Part shown: positions 49,016 through 60,400 of the stretch, piece by piece
Position numbering within the stretch: the first letter of the stretch is position 1
Layout: each line of letters begins with the position of its first letter
NCBI GenBank assembly: GCA_028534125.1
Contig: CM052818.1
Location: 31,746,001 to 31,810,000 of the forward strand
Direction: 5' to 3'
DNA from: Lama glama
Lineage: Eukaryota
DNA: 64,000 nucleotides
Program-made: the position numbers and the translations under genes
The notes under the pieces: model-generated
The model's input: only the letters and a program-made list of their open reading frames with translations
The model's database searches: none
Told to the model about the DNA's origin: nothing

Positions 49016-50934
49016 GACGGGAAAAAAAATCAAGTGGCAAGGAAGTACACTTTGCTCTCCCTGAGGTCATAGTGCAAGGATGCTACTACAAGGGGGATGA
49101 AAAGTGGGACCAATAATTCAGCCTACCAGGATGGGTGTCATCAATCTCAGCTTGCGTCAAACTGAACTCACTCTGTTAATTTGCACTATGTTCTAGGCTC
49201 TGTTTAGGGGAATCAACAATAAACAGTGAATAAGATGTTCTCAGATGAATAGAGGTTGGACACACTGAAATAAATGATCACAAAGCACTTATTAATAGGT
49301 CCTATGATAGAAATACATACTTTGTGCTAAGGGAGCACAGTAACTAAATCTCCACAGTGGGTTCAGAAAAGATTTAACTAAGGTTGTGATGTTTAGGCTT
49401 CTACAGTGTTTAGAAGAACAGTAGAAGTAGTTCAAGTGAGGAAAGAAGGATCAGACCTTTCAGCTGAGGAAATGACATGAAGGTGACAAAGAGTGAAACC
49501 TGCTGACATTTCTTCAAAACCAGCTCCAACTCTGGGCTTCTATGACTATCTCATAGTGACCCCTGTATTAATCACCCTAGATTACAATCTGAGGCTTATT
49601 CTCATCTCTGTCTTCTCCTCTTTAGCTGTTCATTCACTCATTCATATTCACTCATTGAAAGCATATCAAGCACCTGTAAGACATTTTTGCAGTTGCATCT
49701 TAGTCAGGGTGGAGCGCAAAAGAAGGTAGGAAATTACATGGAGTCACAATTACCTATGAAAATTCCTTAGATCACTTGTCAAGTACAATATAATTTTATG
49801 AAGACACCAAGAGTTGAATTGGGGTGGGGGGGGGTCCATGTAAAAAAGGACCTTTTAATATTAGATTTACACAGCCCTGCTGTGAGATGCTCACACTATG
49901 AGAGGCACATGGGAACGGAGACCTAGTGAAGGAATCAAGTTCATAGCTTCTGGTTCATGCTCATTCCCTGAACCATGATCTCTGAGAGGAGTAGTAGGCA
50001 AATGAGCATGCACATTTTACATTGTTCCTCCCTCTTTCTCATGCGTGCATGCACACACTCCCATACTTGAATCTGTATAGGTAAAATGCATGTACGATGA
50101 GACTCTGTTCTATTTTGTCCCTGGTTATGTTGGCATTTATCATTTCTTTTCAGCTGCCTCTGTCACCATCCTGCTCTGGCCTGCTGGTTTTCTGTTATGT
50201 TCCTGGATAGTTGGCTGCCTGCATGCTTCTATCCATTTTTGGCATTAAAGGCAGATGAAGCTGCTAAAACTTCCTTGATTAAAGCCTAAATGGGTACCCT
50301 GTTTCTAGTTGGACACTCAGCATAGACAACATTATACCATTTAATTTTTTATCTATCTGACGTCTTTACTCACCCAGAATGTGAGGTCTTTGAGGGTAAA
50401 AATCACCTCTTTTATTCTCTGTTTTCTCAGACTCTCTCCATAGTAGGACCTCCATGAATTCTCGTTCTTTTTGATAATAATAAAGGTGACACTGAAGGTA
50501 CATTGTACACATTGCATTCAAATGGATGCCACTTGGAATTTTTTTCCACCTGTGTGCACAGCTCCTCCCTCCCTAACTCTTTCTTAAGATAATTAATGGT
50601 ATGACAGTGATTACTCCATTCATGAGCTCTGCTTCTAGGAAACCTAAAACTGTCATTTATCATTATTTTCTGCAAATCTGTTTTTCAAATCTGATTCTCT
50701 TAAAGTCCCTAAAGCAGATTCAACAAGTTCTTAAGGATTTACAGGTTTGTTCTGCATGGGAGCAGTCACCCTGCTGAGTGAGTTCTTCCTTCCACTTGGA
50801 GGGGCTGTGGGTGGAATGGAACATGACATACAACAGAGGGGCTTTTCCATGTGCCTTGTCCACAAGTGTGAAAGAGTAGGGGACCCCCATCCATGCAACA
50901 CTGCGTAGAGTGAGAGTTTAATAAATGTTCCTTA

Positions 50935-51330
50935 TTATTTGTGCCCAACTTCTTCTAAGAAGAATTTAGGGTAGTTTACAAAGAAAATAAGTTAGTCATA
51001 AGAAATAAGAGGCAAAGAAAAAATGTGAGATGAAAACGGTTAGTGCAAAAAGGTACACTGTGATCCTATACACTTGTAAAGGTGGGGCATTTATTTGCTC
51101 CGTGCATTCTTGCAAGACCCTGCAGTTAGAACTATCATAGGATCACAGTGCCCTGAGGTTAAAACAATGTAGTCAGTTGAGAAGCACAATTCCTGTGACT
51201 GAATCCAGAGAGAAACATCTGCCAAGGATTTCTATAAAGAGAATCCCTATAGTAAATAATGTCCTCAACAAAGTTCTTACAATAGATGCAGTAATGGAAT
51301 TCTTAGGGCTATTTCTTATAATGTCCTTAA
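50935..51330. repeat. Ancient mammalian repeat, MamRep605-like
   Basis: 'tatttgtgcccaacttcttctaagaagaatttagggtagtttaca' resembles the recalled MamRep605 end. Confidence 0.45.
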
Positions 51331-51409
51331 ATATAGCCTTGGAGATGGATGTGTTGGAGAAAAAGAGGCTTCCTTTGAGTCTGGGAGGGGAAGAGATAGT
51401 CTTGAACCA

Positions 51410-51735
51410 GACCAAGGCAGGGGTTGGCAAGGCTGGGCCAGGCAGTGCTGGCTGGGAAGGATTGAGCAGAACATGAACAGGACTGAACAGGGCTTAGCTG
51501 GGCAAGGCAGATTGGGCATGACCACACAGTACTGGTTAGAGTGAAGCATGTGCTGTGCTGAGCAGGTCTGGGCAGAAGTCATCAGAACTGGGTATTTCAG
51601 GACTGGGCAGCTCAGGGCAGAACTGGGCAGGATTTCTAGGGCTGAATGGAGCAGGACAGAGTAAGGCAAGGCTTGGCATGACTGGACAAGACTGATTAGA
51701 TCTGGGTAGGGGACAGAACGTAGCAGGACAGAGTT
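51410..51735 (+). repeat. Degenerate G-rich pentamer/decamer tandem array, consensus about (GGGCAGGACT)n
   Basis: Visible 5/10-bp periodicity, e.g. caggactgggcag, cagggcagaactgggcagga, gaacaggactgaacaggg. Confidence 0.8.
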
Positions 51736-52769
51736 TTGGACTCTGAAGAGAGTTGCTGGAAGAAGGAAAATGTCTTCTGCTCCCAGAAGTCCCTAGAAAT
51801 TGCAGCTTTAGAACTCATCCTCCCTAGGTATCCGGAGGATGCTTTTCCTGTTTCCATTGTGGATTGTGAGGCGTGGCAAGGGTAGTGGAAACTCAGGTCT
51901 CCCCTGAGGACACTGGCTCAATTATCATGCACTGAATGAATAGTATCATGATTGGTGAAGACTATCTGGATCTAATATGTCCTCTGCAAGGAAAGCCCTT
52001 CTTCCCTGTAAAATTCCTTCTCCTTCATGACCCAGTCGAGATGGCGCTTCCTCCATGACACCTTTCTGATGCCTCAGCTCTGCAATTTGCTGATCCTTCA
52101 CCTACAACCACCTTGAAGAACCAATAATTTGTATCTGTGTCATTCCTAGTGTTGGTTGAAATTAATCCTCTTTTTCCTGCTTATTCATCATCATGAGTGA
52201 AAGTGATGTTACTTGAATGATCTCTAATTGGGAACACCTAATATTAGTAACAAACAATTTGTAGTATGCTTCGCAATAAGTATTGTGCTCAGGACAGCTC
52301 TACTGGGAGCAGTTTTCATAGGCTAAGACAGGTTTGTCTGCAGGATCAAGGACTAGAGCTGGAAGGGTCCTAAAGGAGGTCTTATTTAGGAAACAGGCCC
52401 AGAGAGCATAATTGACCTACTAGAAGTCACTCAGAGAATGCAGGGGAGAACCTCAGCAAACTTTTGACTCTTGATCTGATGTTTCCCCTCCAGGACTTTT
52501 CAAAAACATGTGTCTTTATACCCCAGTGAGCTCTGGGTTAGTGGCTCTGAAACCAAGATTCTCAAAATGTGGGTCAATAACTCCCAGAATTTGGAGATTT
52601 GTAGAAGCTTCTCTGGAATGTCAATTCCCAGCCTGAACTTATGATACCTTTACCCCTTAATTCTATAGCTTCCCCAGGGGCTTCTTCTCTTTTTAATGAT
52701 TTTGCTGGGGTACTATTGGAGCCCCTGAAGTTGAGTGAGAATCACAAATAAACACATCCAGATCAGCCT

Positions 52770-53285
52770 GGTAGAAAGAGGACGGATCCTAGAGTCAGAC
52801 AAACATGGGTTTGGATCCAAGTTTCATAGCTTGAGTGAATCATTTACCATTCCTGAGTCTCAGTTTTCTAATCTGTAAACTGGAGGGAAGGGTATTTACC
52901 TCACAGGACTGTTGTGAGGAATATGAGAGGTAATGAATTGAATGTAACATGCCTAGCACAAGGTAGGTGCTCAATAGGACACGTTTTTGTCTTTCTCCTT
53001 AAAAGGAGCTGTCAGATGTCATTTAGTAGAGGCTGTTCATGCCTGGGAGACAGTTCAGAACAGCAGGCTGCTTAGGAGTGCAGGCTCTGAAGTCAGACCG
53101 CAGCCCTAGTTCAAAGCTTTGCTGTCACATAAATTATAGGCTGTGTCAACTTGCATAGGTAAGCCTCAGTTTTCTCATCATCCCTCCTTTATAGAACCAT
53201 TGTGAAGATTAAATGAAATACTGCATGCACACGGTTTAGCAGTGCCCAATATCCTTCAATGCTGACCATTACTGGCAGTATTATT
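52770..53285 (+). mobile_element. Two MIR SINEs
   Basis: Cores 'ctgagtctcagttttctaatctgtaaa' and 'aagcctcagttttctcatc...ttgtgaagattaaatga'. Confidence 0.8.
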
Positions 53286-54324
53286 ACCCTATTAAAACAC
53301 TTTAGACGGATGACATGAGAATCTTCCAAAGCCTGGGACTCCCTGACAGCTAACTCACCCTTGGACGCAGCTCTCCCACCAGGCTGGCTGAGCCCTGCAG
53401 ATACCTCTTGTCTCTCTGAGCTTGATCCTCTAGCCCTTAGGAAATATAGGGGGCTTCATGGCAGGTGCCTTTCCCTCCCTGGATGTGGTGAGCTCCACTT
53501 CTGTAAAGCCTCAGAAGCACATCTGAAAACTATAAGAGTAATACATGGTTAAATAAGTGCAGGGGCCCTCTCCTGCCCCCTCCCCCAACTCAGGGTGTCC
53601 GCCATCCTCCTCCCCTCTCTCTCTGCTCTCCCAGGGCTGCTGCCACAGCTCTGCATCCAGGAATTCTCCTTCCTTCCCACCCCCAACCCCAGTTTGGCTG
53701 ACCCTCATTAGCAATGCAGATTTTCCCAGCCAGGACCTGCCTAATCCAGGTTTTGAAGCTTTACCCAGATAAACATTTAATGAGTACGGAGCACAGTGGA
53801 CTTCATCCTGAGGGAGACAGGGGATGGAAGAGCAGACCCCTGGGACCAGGACTGGGAGCTGGAGGAGCAGCTGCTGCTTGCATCTGCACCCTCTGCACCC
53901 CACCTTCCCGTCCTCTCAGTCTTAAAAGAGCCCAGTAGGCTCCATAGGGACATGCACTGGGTTGGCTTCTAGCACCTCAGAGCTGTGGCTGTGTCTCTCA
54001 TCAGATCAGGTCATGATCCCCCCAGGGCTGAGGCAGGGGCACGGGGAGAGACCAGATCCATGATTTAATTGGGGAGCCACTGGCAAGGCTAGACCAACAG
54101 GGCAGGGAGGGCCCCTCCAGGAGCAGCCTACTTGGCCATCATCCCTGAGAGGAAAGGTCAGGGCACCAACAGTGCACTTTCTCTCCACCCAAAGCCCAAG
54201 CTCGCTGGCCCTCTGGGGGCTTGGGGTGACTCTGAAGGATGATGAGATCCCAAGACATAGACCTTGAAAGAGGCATCTCTAGGGGTCTGTGAGACACAAT
54301 GAAATGAAACCCCGGCCTTGGAAA

Positions 54325-54530
54325 CCATTTTCATATGTATTATGTGTGTACCATGTGGAGTTCCACAGTATGCCTGTGAGGTGGGCAGGGCACATTTACA
54401 TTCCCAGTTTATGGACAGAGGAACTGAGGCCTAGATAAGATGAGTGAAGGCTCTGATATTGCTAAGTGAATCATACAGGGCCAAGACTAGAACCAGAATT
54501 TAGGTCTTCTGACTTTGGTCAGTGCTCTTT
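54325..54530 (-). mobile_element. MIR SINE
   Basis: 'ttcccagtttatggacagaggaactgaggcctaga'. Confidence 0.7.
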
Positions 54531-54689
54531 CTAAGGGAGTCAACTGCTCCAGGCAGCTCCACCAGAGGTCTCCTCTGCTCCTGGAGAAGGTCCTCAGGCC
54601 TTAAAAGATGGCTAGGTCAAGATGTCAGCACCCGACATAATATGAGTGCTGGGCAGGCTGGTAGAGGAGCACAAAGAGCTCTGATCCTT

Positions 54690-54890
54690 GCTCAACCAGG
54701 CAACTTGGGTATCAGTTATTCCATAGAGCATATTTCATCCTCTGAAGAATGGGTACAAAAAGAGCTGTTTTCCAGATATCCGGGGATTCTTGTGAGACTA
54801 AAATGAAATGAGATGGAAAAAAAAATGAAATGAGATGAATGTGAAAGTGTTTTGTAAATTGTAAACAGTCATGAAAATGAATGGCATAAT
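54690..54890 (+). mobile_element. MIR SINE carrying a poly(A) micro-insertion
   Basis: 'tttcatcctctgaagaatggg...ttgtgagactaaaatgaaatgag...gtgaaagtgttttgtaaattgtaaa'. Confidence 0.65.
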
Positions 54891-56402
54891 TAACACACAG
54901 TCAAGAAACCAGGTTCGCAAAACTTACAGAGGAAGAACAGTAGGATAAGAAGAAAGAAGATGGTTTTCTTCCCTGTCTCCCTCCATCTTCTACCTGTATA
55001 TGCTGTCTACTCTTTCTGTGTGGGAGGTGCTGATATTTTATTTGATCCAGAAACTCTAAGACTAGCCTTAAGATGAAAATGATTTTATGAGCTAAAACCC
55101 CAATATATATTCCTAGCTTTCCTTGAACTTCAGACTTTAAGGATGTTATTATATTGATATTTTTTAATACTACTCTCTCTACTCCCAAGAATACGAATTA
55201 GATATTTATCTGTTTGACACTATCCATTAAAATAAAAACAATTTAATTTGGAAGTGCTAATGTAATTTGCACACAGATACCACTTAAAAATCATGCCCTA
55301 AAAATGTCACACTTCCATTGAACAAGTTTTAGTGGGGTATGTTGCAAAACAGAAGAAATAAATGCATCATAGAGAATGTTATAAAATATAGAAAACTTAA
55401 TCAATTGCAAGTGCAAGTTTCAACTCCAGTAAAGAGGAATGATTATGTGGGTGAATAATTATTTTAAATATAGGTATAATTGGGATTACCTTTGGCTCAT
55501 ACAAAATATTGTAAAACAAGAGTTTTACATAGCATCAGTTCCCATTATTCCTCATAGAATACTATTGGAGGAAGAAAGACCTTTGCCAGTGACTGCTTGG
55601 AAAGATGTAAGGGAATAGGTCAATGTCATTAACCCTTACCTGAAGAAGGAAGTGAAGCCTGGAGAGCTTAAGTAACTCACCCGAGATCATGCTGTCATTC
55701 GATAGCAAGGGGATTGTGTAGCCCAAGTGCCCTGACTTCCTGGCTTGTGCATTGGTCTCTAAAGTTTAAATACTTCTTTTTACTGTTAGTTTTTGTTAGG
55801 AATGTCATCTGATATGACAGTCTTCTTTTTTTTTTTCTTTTAAAACTTCATTTGTAGAGCTAAATATTTACCACCACCACTCTGCCCTCTCCTCCTTAGT
55901 TTCATATTATGTTACAAGGAAACCCAGGGTTCTGTGAATGTGACTTTACCCTGGCGTGTGACTGTATGGTGGTAGAGAGGACTAGGGGTGGGGAATGGTG
56001 GTGAATCAGCAGGAGCCTTCATCCTCAGTCTCCCTTTATCTTGAATTGCTCCACTGCTATTTGTCATCTAGCCTGGATTTCAGGGGGAAAAAAATTGATT
56101 TTGAAAAGAGAATTCCACTGCCAAAAAAAGAAAAAGAGAATATGAAAACCACCACTGAGAAGAAACCATGCACCTTTTATTGCCAGATCTGTGGTTGAGG
56201 GGGGCTCAAGGGTAAGTAGTGAAGGGTGAGGGTAGCTATTTTTTCCAGAAGAGGGCAGGGAGGGGAGGCTTCAAAGAATAGGGCTGCAAATGTTCTCACT
56301 CCAGGTGTGAATCTGGAGAAGCCAGGAAGCACCTGCCTCTCTCAGCTGCTCTGGGAGGTTCTGTTTGGCTCAGAGAATCCAGAGCAGCAGCCAAGGGCTG
56401 CC

Positions 56403-56444
56403 TCAGAAACGAACAGGCTGTTTTCAGAAACGAACAGGCTGTTT
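56403..56444. repeat. Perfect 21-bp tandem duplication
   Basis: tcagaaacgaacaggctgttt twice in direct succession. Confidence 0.95.
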
Positions 56445-57169
56445 TCTGAAAATAGGACATTTGGTGTCTTTAAGGCAGTGTACCCCCAGCTCCCATGTGG
56501 TTCATTAACTTTGAAAGGGATCAAGATTACAGAGATGTTCAGGGCTGAGTAAGGGTTCAGAGACATATACCATTAAGCAATCCCAAACTGTATGTTTATG
56601 AACCCCAAACCTTTTATTTTAGGATCTCAGAGTGCCTTATCTGGGATTAAAGGTGATTACTTCAGCTTTACAGAGAGAAAATAGAGACAGAAGAAAGAAC
56701 AGAGCATGGGGCTAAGACAGTGAGGAAATGATGGGTTGTTAATAAATTCTAGGGCAGGAGGAGACCTTGAAATGCTGTTGGAAATTTGATGGGATTTCTT
56801 CACTTTCCTTCCCCACCCCCTTGTAGAGCTTGAAACTAGGAAGGGGAGATTATATGTTTTGAATCTGAAATTTATTTCTCATTCCTCAAAATATTGCCAA
56901 TGAGATAATCCTAAAGTGGGGGTTAGATGATTATTAAGAAACCTGAAGAGCAAACATACTGCACCCTTTGAATAGTACTTGATACAAAAGAATAAAAACT
57001 ACAGTGTGGTTTATTGTTTACACACCAATTCCAGGCCCACCAATTTATTGATAAAGTAGCAGCAAGAGATCCAGCATATGTGGCTGGGAGGATAAGCAAC
57101 AAATCTGAAGTACATAGAAATGAAAGCTCAGAGTCCAAGAATCAATGATCACATCATAAAAGGGGGCAG

Positions 57170-57370
57170 TGGTGACAACTTTGTGTGCATTTTATATAGG
57201 CTATTTCACTTCATCTTCACAATATCCTTTAGAGGTGGATTTAATCGTCTCCATTTTATAGGTGAAGAATCTGAGGCTCAACGCAGTTACAACTTATTTA
57301 AGGTCACATGGTAAAGAAGAAGAGTCAGAATTGAATTTAGGTTTAGTTGACTGTTAGGCCCATGTAGTCT
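57170..57370 (-). mobile_element. MIR SINE
   Basis: 'ctccattttataggtgaagaatctgaggctca...acttatttaaggtcacatgg'. Confidence 0.85.
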
Positions 57371-57439
57371 TTTTATCCCACCATGGATGGATTTTGATTT
57401 GAGGCTAAAGGTCAATGCTATTAGACTTTTAAATGTGGT

Positions 57440-60400
57440 TAGACAACAAAAAAAGATAAACTATTTTGGAATAAGCTTAACAAGAAATGTGCAAATGCTA
57501 CATGAAGAAAACCATAAAACACTTCTGAGGGACAAAAAATAGGCTTAAAAAAAGTTGAAACATGTACTTTTTTCTTGGATAGTATATCTCAATATCATCA
57601 ATATGTGATTTTCTTTAAGTTCATTTATAAATTTGATGTAACCACAATAAAAATGCTAACATACTTTTTTTCTGTAGCTAGACAAGCTGATACTGAATTG
57701 TAAAAAATATAAACATGAAAGAATAGCTGTGTGTGTGTGTGTGCATGCGTGCACACGGGGAGTGGTGGGGAGACAGAACCGGGACTATTAGATATTAAAA
57801 TATACTACAAAGTCTCTATAATTAAAATAGTATAGTACTGGAACATAAATAGACCAATGGAATAAAATAAAATCCAGAAACAGACCAAATACATAGAGAA
57901 ATTTAATATATATGATAAATGTGGCATCTAAAATCACTGGGGAGAAAAGATAGCTATTTTAATAAGTAATGTGAGGCAACTGGATAGCCATATAGTAAAA
58001 GATAAATTAGATCCATACAATATATATTAATAAATTTCAGATGGATCAGAGGGAGAACAGAACTTCTGGCTATGGTGGTGTCAAAAACTGACATATCTTT
58101 ATCCCTCCAAAATAAGTATAAAACTGGAAGAAAGTATAAGAAGAAGAATTTCAGAGATCTAGAGATTGACCAAAGGCAGACAAAAAATTGAGGTGCATTT
58201 ATTCTTGAAAAACTAGTAGAGCTTTGGATGAGAACATCAGTCTGCAACCTATATTCTGGGATTGCGATCATCCTCTGACCACTGTCTCCACCTCCACATG
58301 CAGATCTGTTGACGAGAATAGTGGTGTTGCCATTGCAGAACTGGCCAGGAAAAACAAGCAGTTTTGTTGCCAAGGAGCCTGGAGTCGATAAGGAACAGAG
58401 GGTAAAAACTCTGGGTGTTTTCAGTAAAAGTACAAATCTCAGTATAAAATAAGCTGGGAAAAGCCACTATGCTAACCTGATGTTGTGGTTACACAGTAAG
58501 TCTGATGAGATGGTGGCTTAGTCAGATATTTAAGAGGGAAATCCTGGGAATTAGAGTCTAGGGCTAGATAAGCTCTTCACCTACCCTTGACAGACCATGA
58601 AACTAGGTGCATGCTAAGGAGAGTCTCAGGAAAGTCCATTGGAAAGTGAGGGTCAAGGCAGACTTGAAAACTGGCCGAACTTTGAACTCTTTGTAACTCG
58701 TAGATAAGTTGGTGGAGGGGTGGGTGGAAACTTTGAGAGATCACAGTGTTTGAGAACAACCTCTACTTAAATGGCTGGTTGCTCCTAACCTATATTATCC
58801 CTAGAAAGCTGAAAAATGAAGGGAAGAATAAAGAACTGATGAGAAACATCAGTGTGTGCTCACCATGGCAGAGAAGAATTTTGCAGCTCAAGTCAGAGGA
58901 AGTTAACTCCCTCTACTGAAAACAAACAAGCAAAACCATACCTCAGGAAAAAAAATTAGAATTGAGACTTGTTATAAAATATTGTCTAATTTTTTTTAAT
59001 TAGGCATGCAGAAAAACAAGATAGCATTATCCATAATCAAGGGAAAAAAAGCCAATGGAAATGGATTCTGAGTGGGCCCCAAATGTTAAATTTAGCAAAA
59101 AAAACTTAAAGCCCTATTATAAATATATTCAAATAATTAAAAGAAACTGTTTCCAAAGAATTTAAGGAAAATACAGTGACTCAACAAATAGAAAATTTCA
59201 ATAGCAAAAACTACAAAAAGAACCAAGTGGAATTTTAAGGATTGGAAAGTACAATAATTTTAAATAATCACTAGATTTGGTCCATAGCAGGTGTAAATTA
59301 GCAGAAGAAGGAATCAGTGAAATCAAAACCAGTTTGATAAAGTCATCTAAGCTGAAGAGCAGGAAAGAAAAAAACTATTGAAGAGAAATTAACAAAGCCT
59401 CATAGACCTCTGTGACAATATCAAACATACCAACATATCTGTAAAGGTAGTCCTAAAATGAGAAGAGAGGAAAGAGCAGAATAAACATACATGAAATAAT
59501 AATTGGAAACTCCCCAAATCAGATTTTAAAGATGAAGCTACAGATCCAGCCAACCCCAAGAAGAATAAACAAGAGAGTAATACCTTGACACAACATATTC
59601 AGTGACAAATCCAAAGGCAAAGAATATCTTGTAAACAATAAGGGAAAAATGACTCATCATATGCAAGAGGACAATAATCTAATTAATGGCTGACTTATGA
59701 AGGTCATAAGGTATAATGATATGCTGCAAAAGTGCTAAGAGAAGAAACAGGTATAAACCAAGAGGAATATATTGAGCAGTACTATCCTTTGAGTATTAAG
59801 ACAACAATAAATATTTTCCCAGATAAACAAAAATTGAGAGAATTCATTGCTAATAGACCTTCCCTACAAGAAGTTCTAAAGAAATTTCTTCAAACTGAAT
59901 GAAAATGATACCTGATGTTAATTGAATACATAGGAAGAAATGAAGAGTGCCAGAAATGGTAAATGTGTGGGTAAAGTGTAAAGGAGAGTGGAGGAAATTG
60001 AACTATATTGGAGCAGTCTTGCTATATTTTACTGGAATTTTAAGAAAATATTAACTTGAACTAGATTATGATAAATTAAAGAAATATAATGCAATCCTTA
60101 AAATGACCACCAAGAAAATAATGGAGAGAATATAGCTGAAAAATTAATTAATTAATTGAGCAACTGAAATAATACTAAAAATAATTTAATATAGAATCCA
60201 CTAAAGGTGAAATAGAGAAAGGAGAAGAGACAAAAGATGTAAGATAATAAATAGCAAAGTGGCAGATGTAAATCCAGTTATATCAATAATTACATTACAT
60301 ATGAGTAGATTAAAAATTACACATTAAAGGCAGAAGTTATCAGACTGGATTTAAAAAATAAGATCCAATTATATGCTATTTGTAAGAGAGCCACCTTAGA

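Noticed and set aside
51024..51185. V(D)J recombination signals beside a switch-like repeat, suggesting an antigen-receptor locus
   Set aside because: The heptamers lack nonamers at 12/23 spacing, and no V, J or C exons are visible in the window
53511..53938. Cluster of ORFs in a GC-rich, CpG-poor segment
   Set aside because: Low-complexity Pro/Gly/Ser-rich frames without recognisable domains or clear exon boundaries
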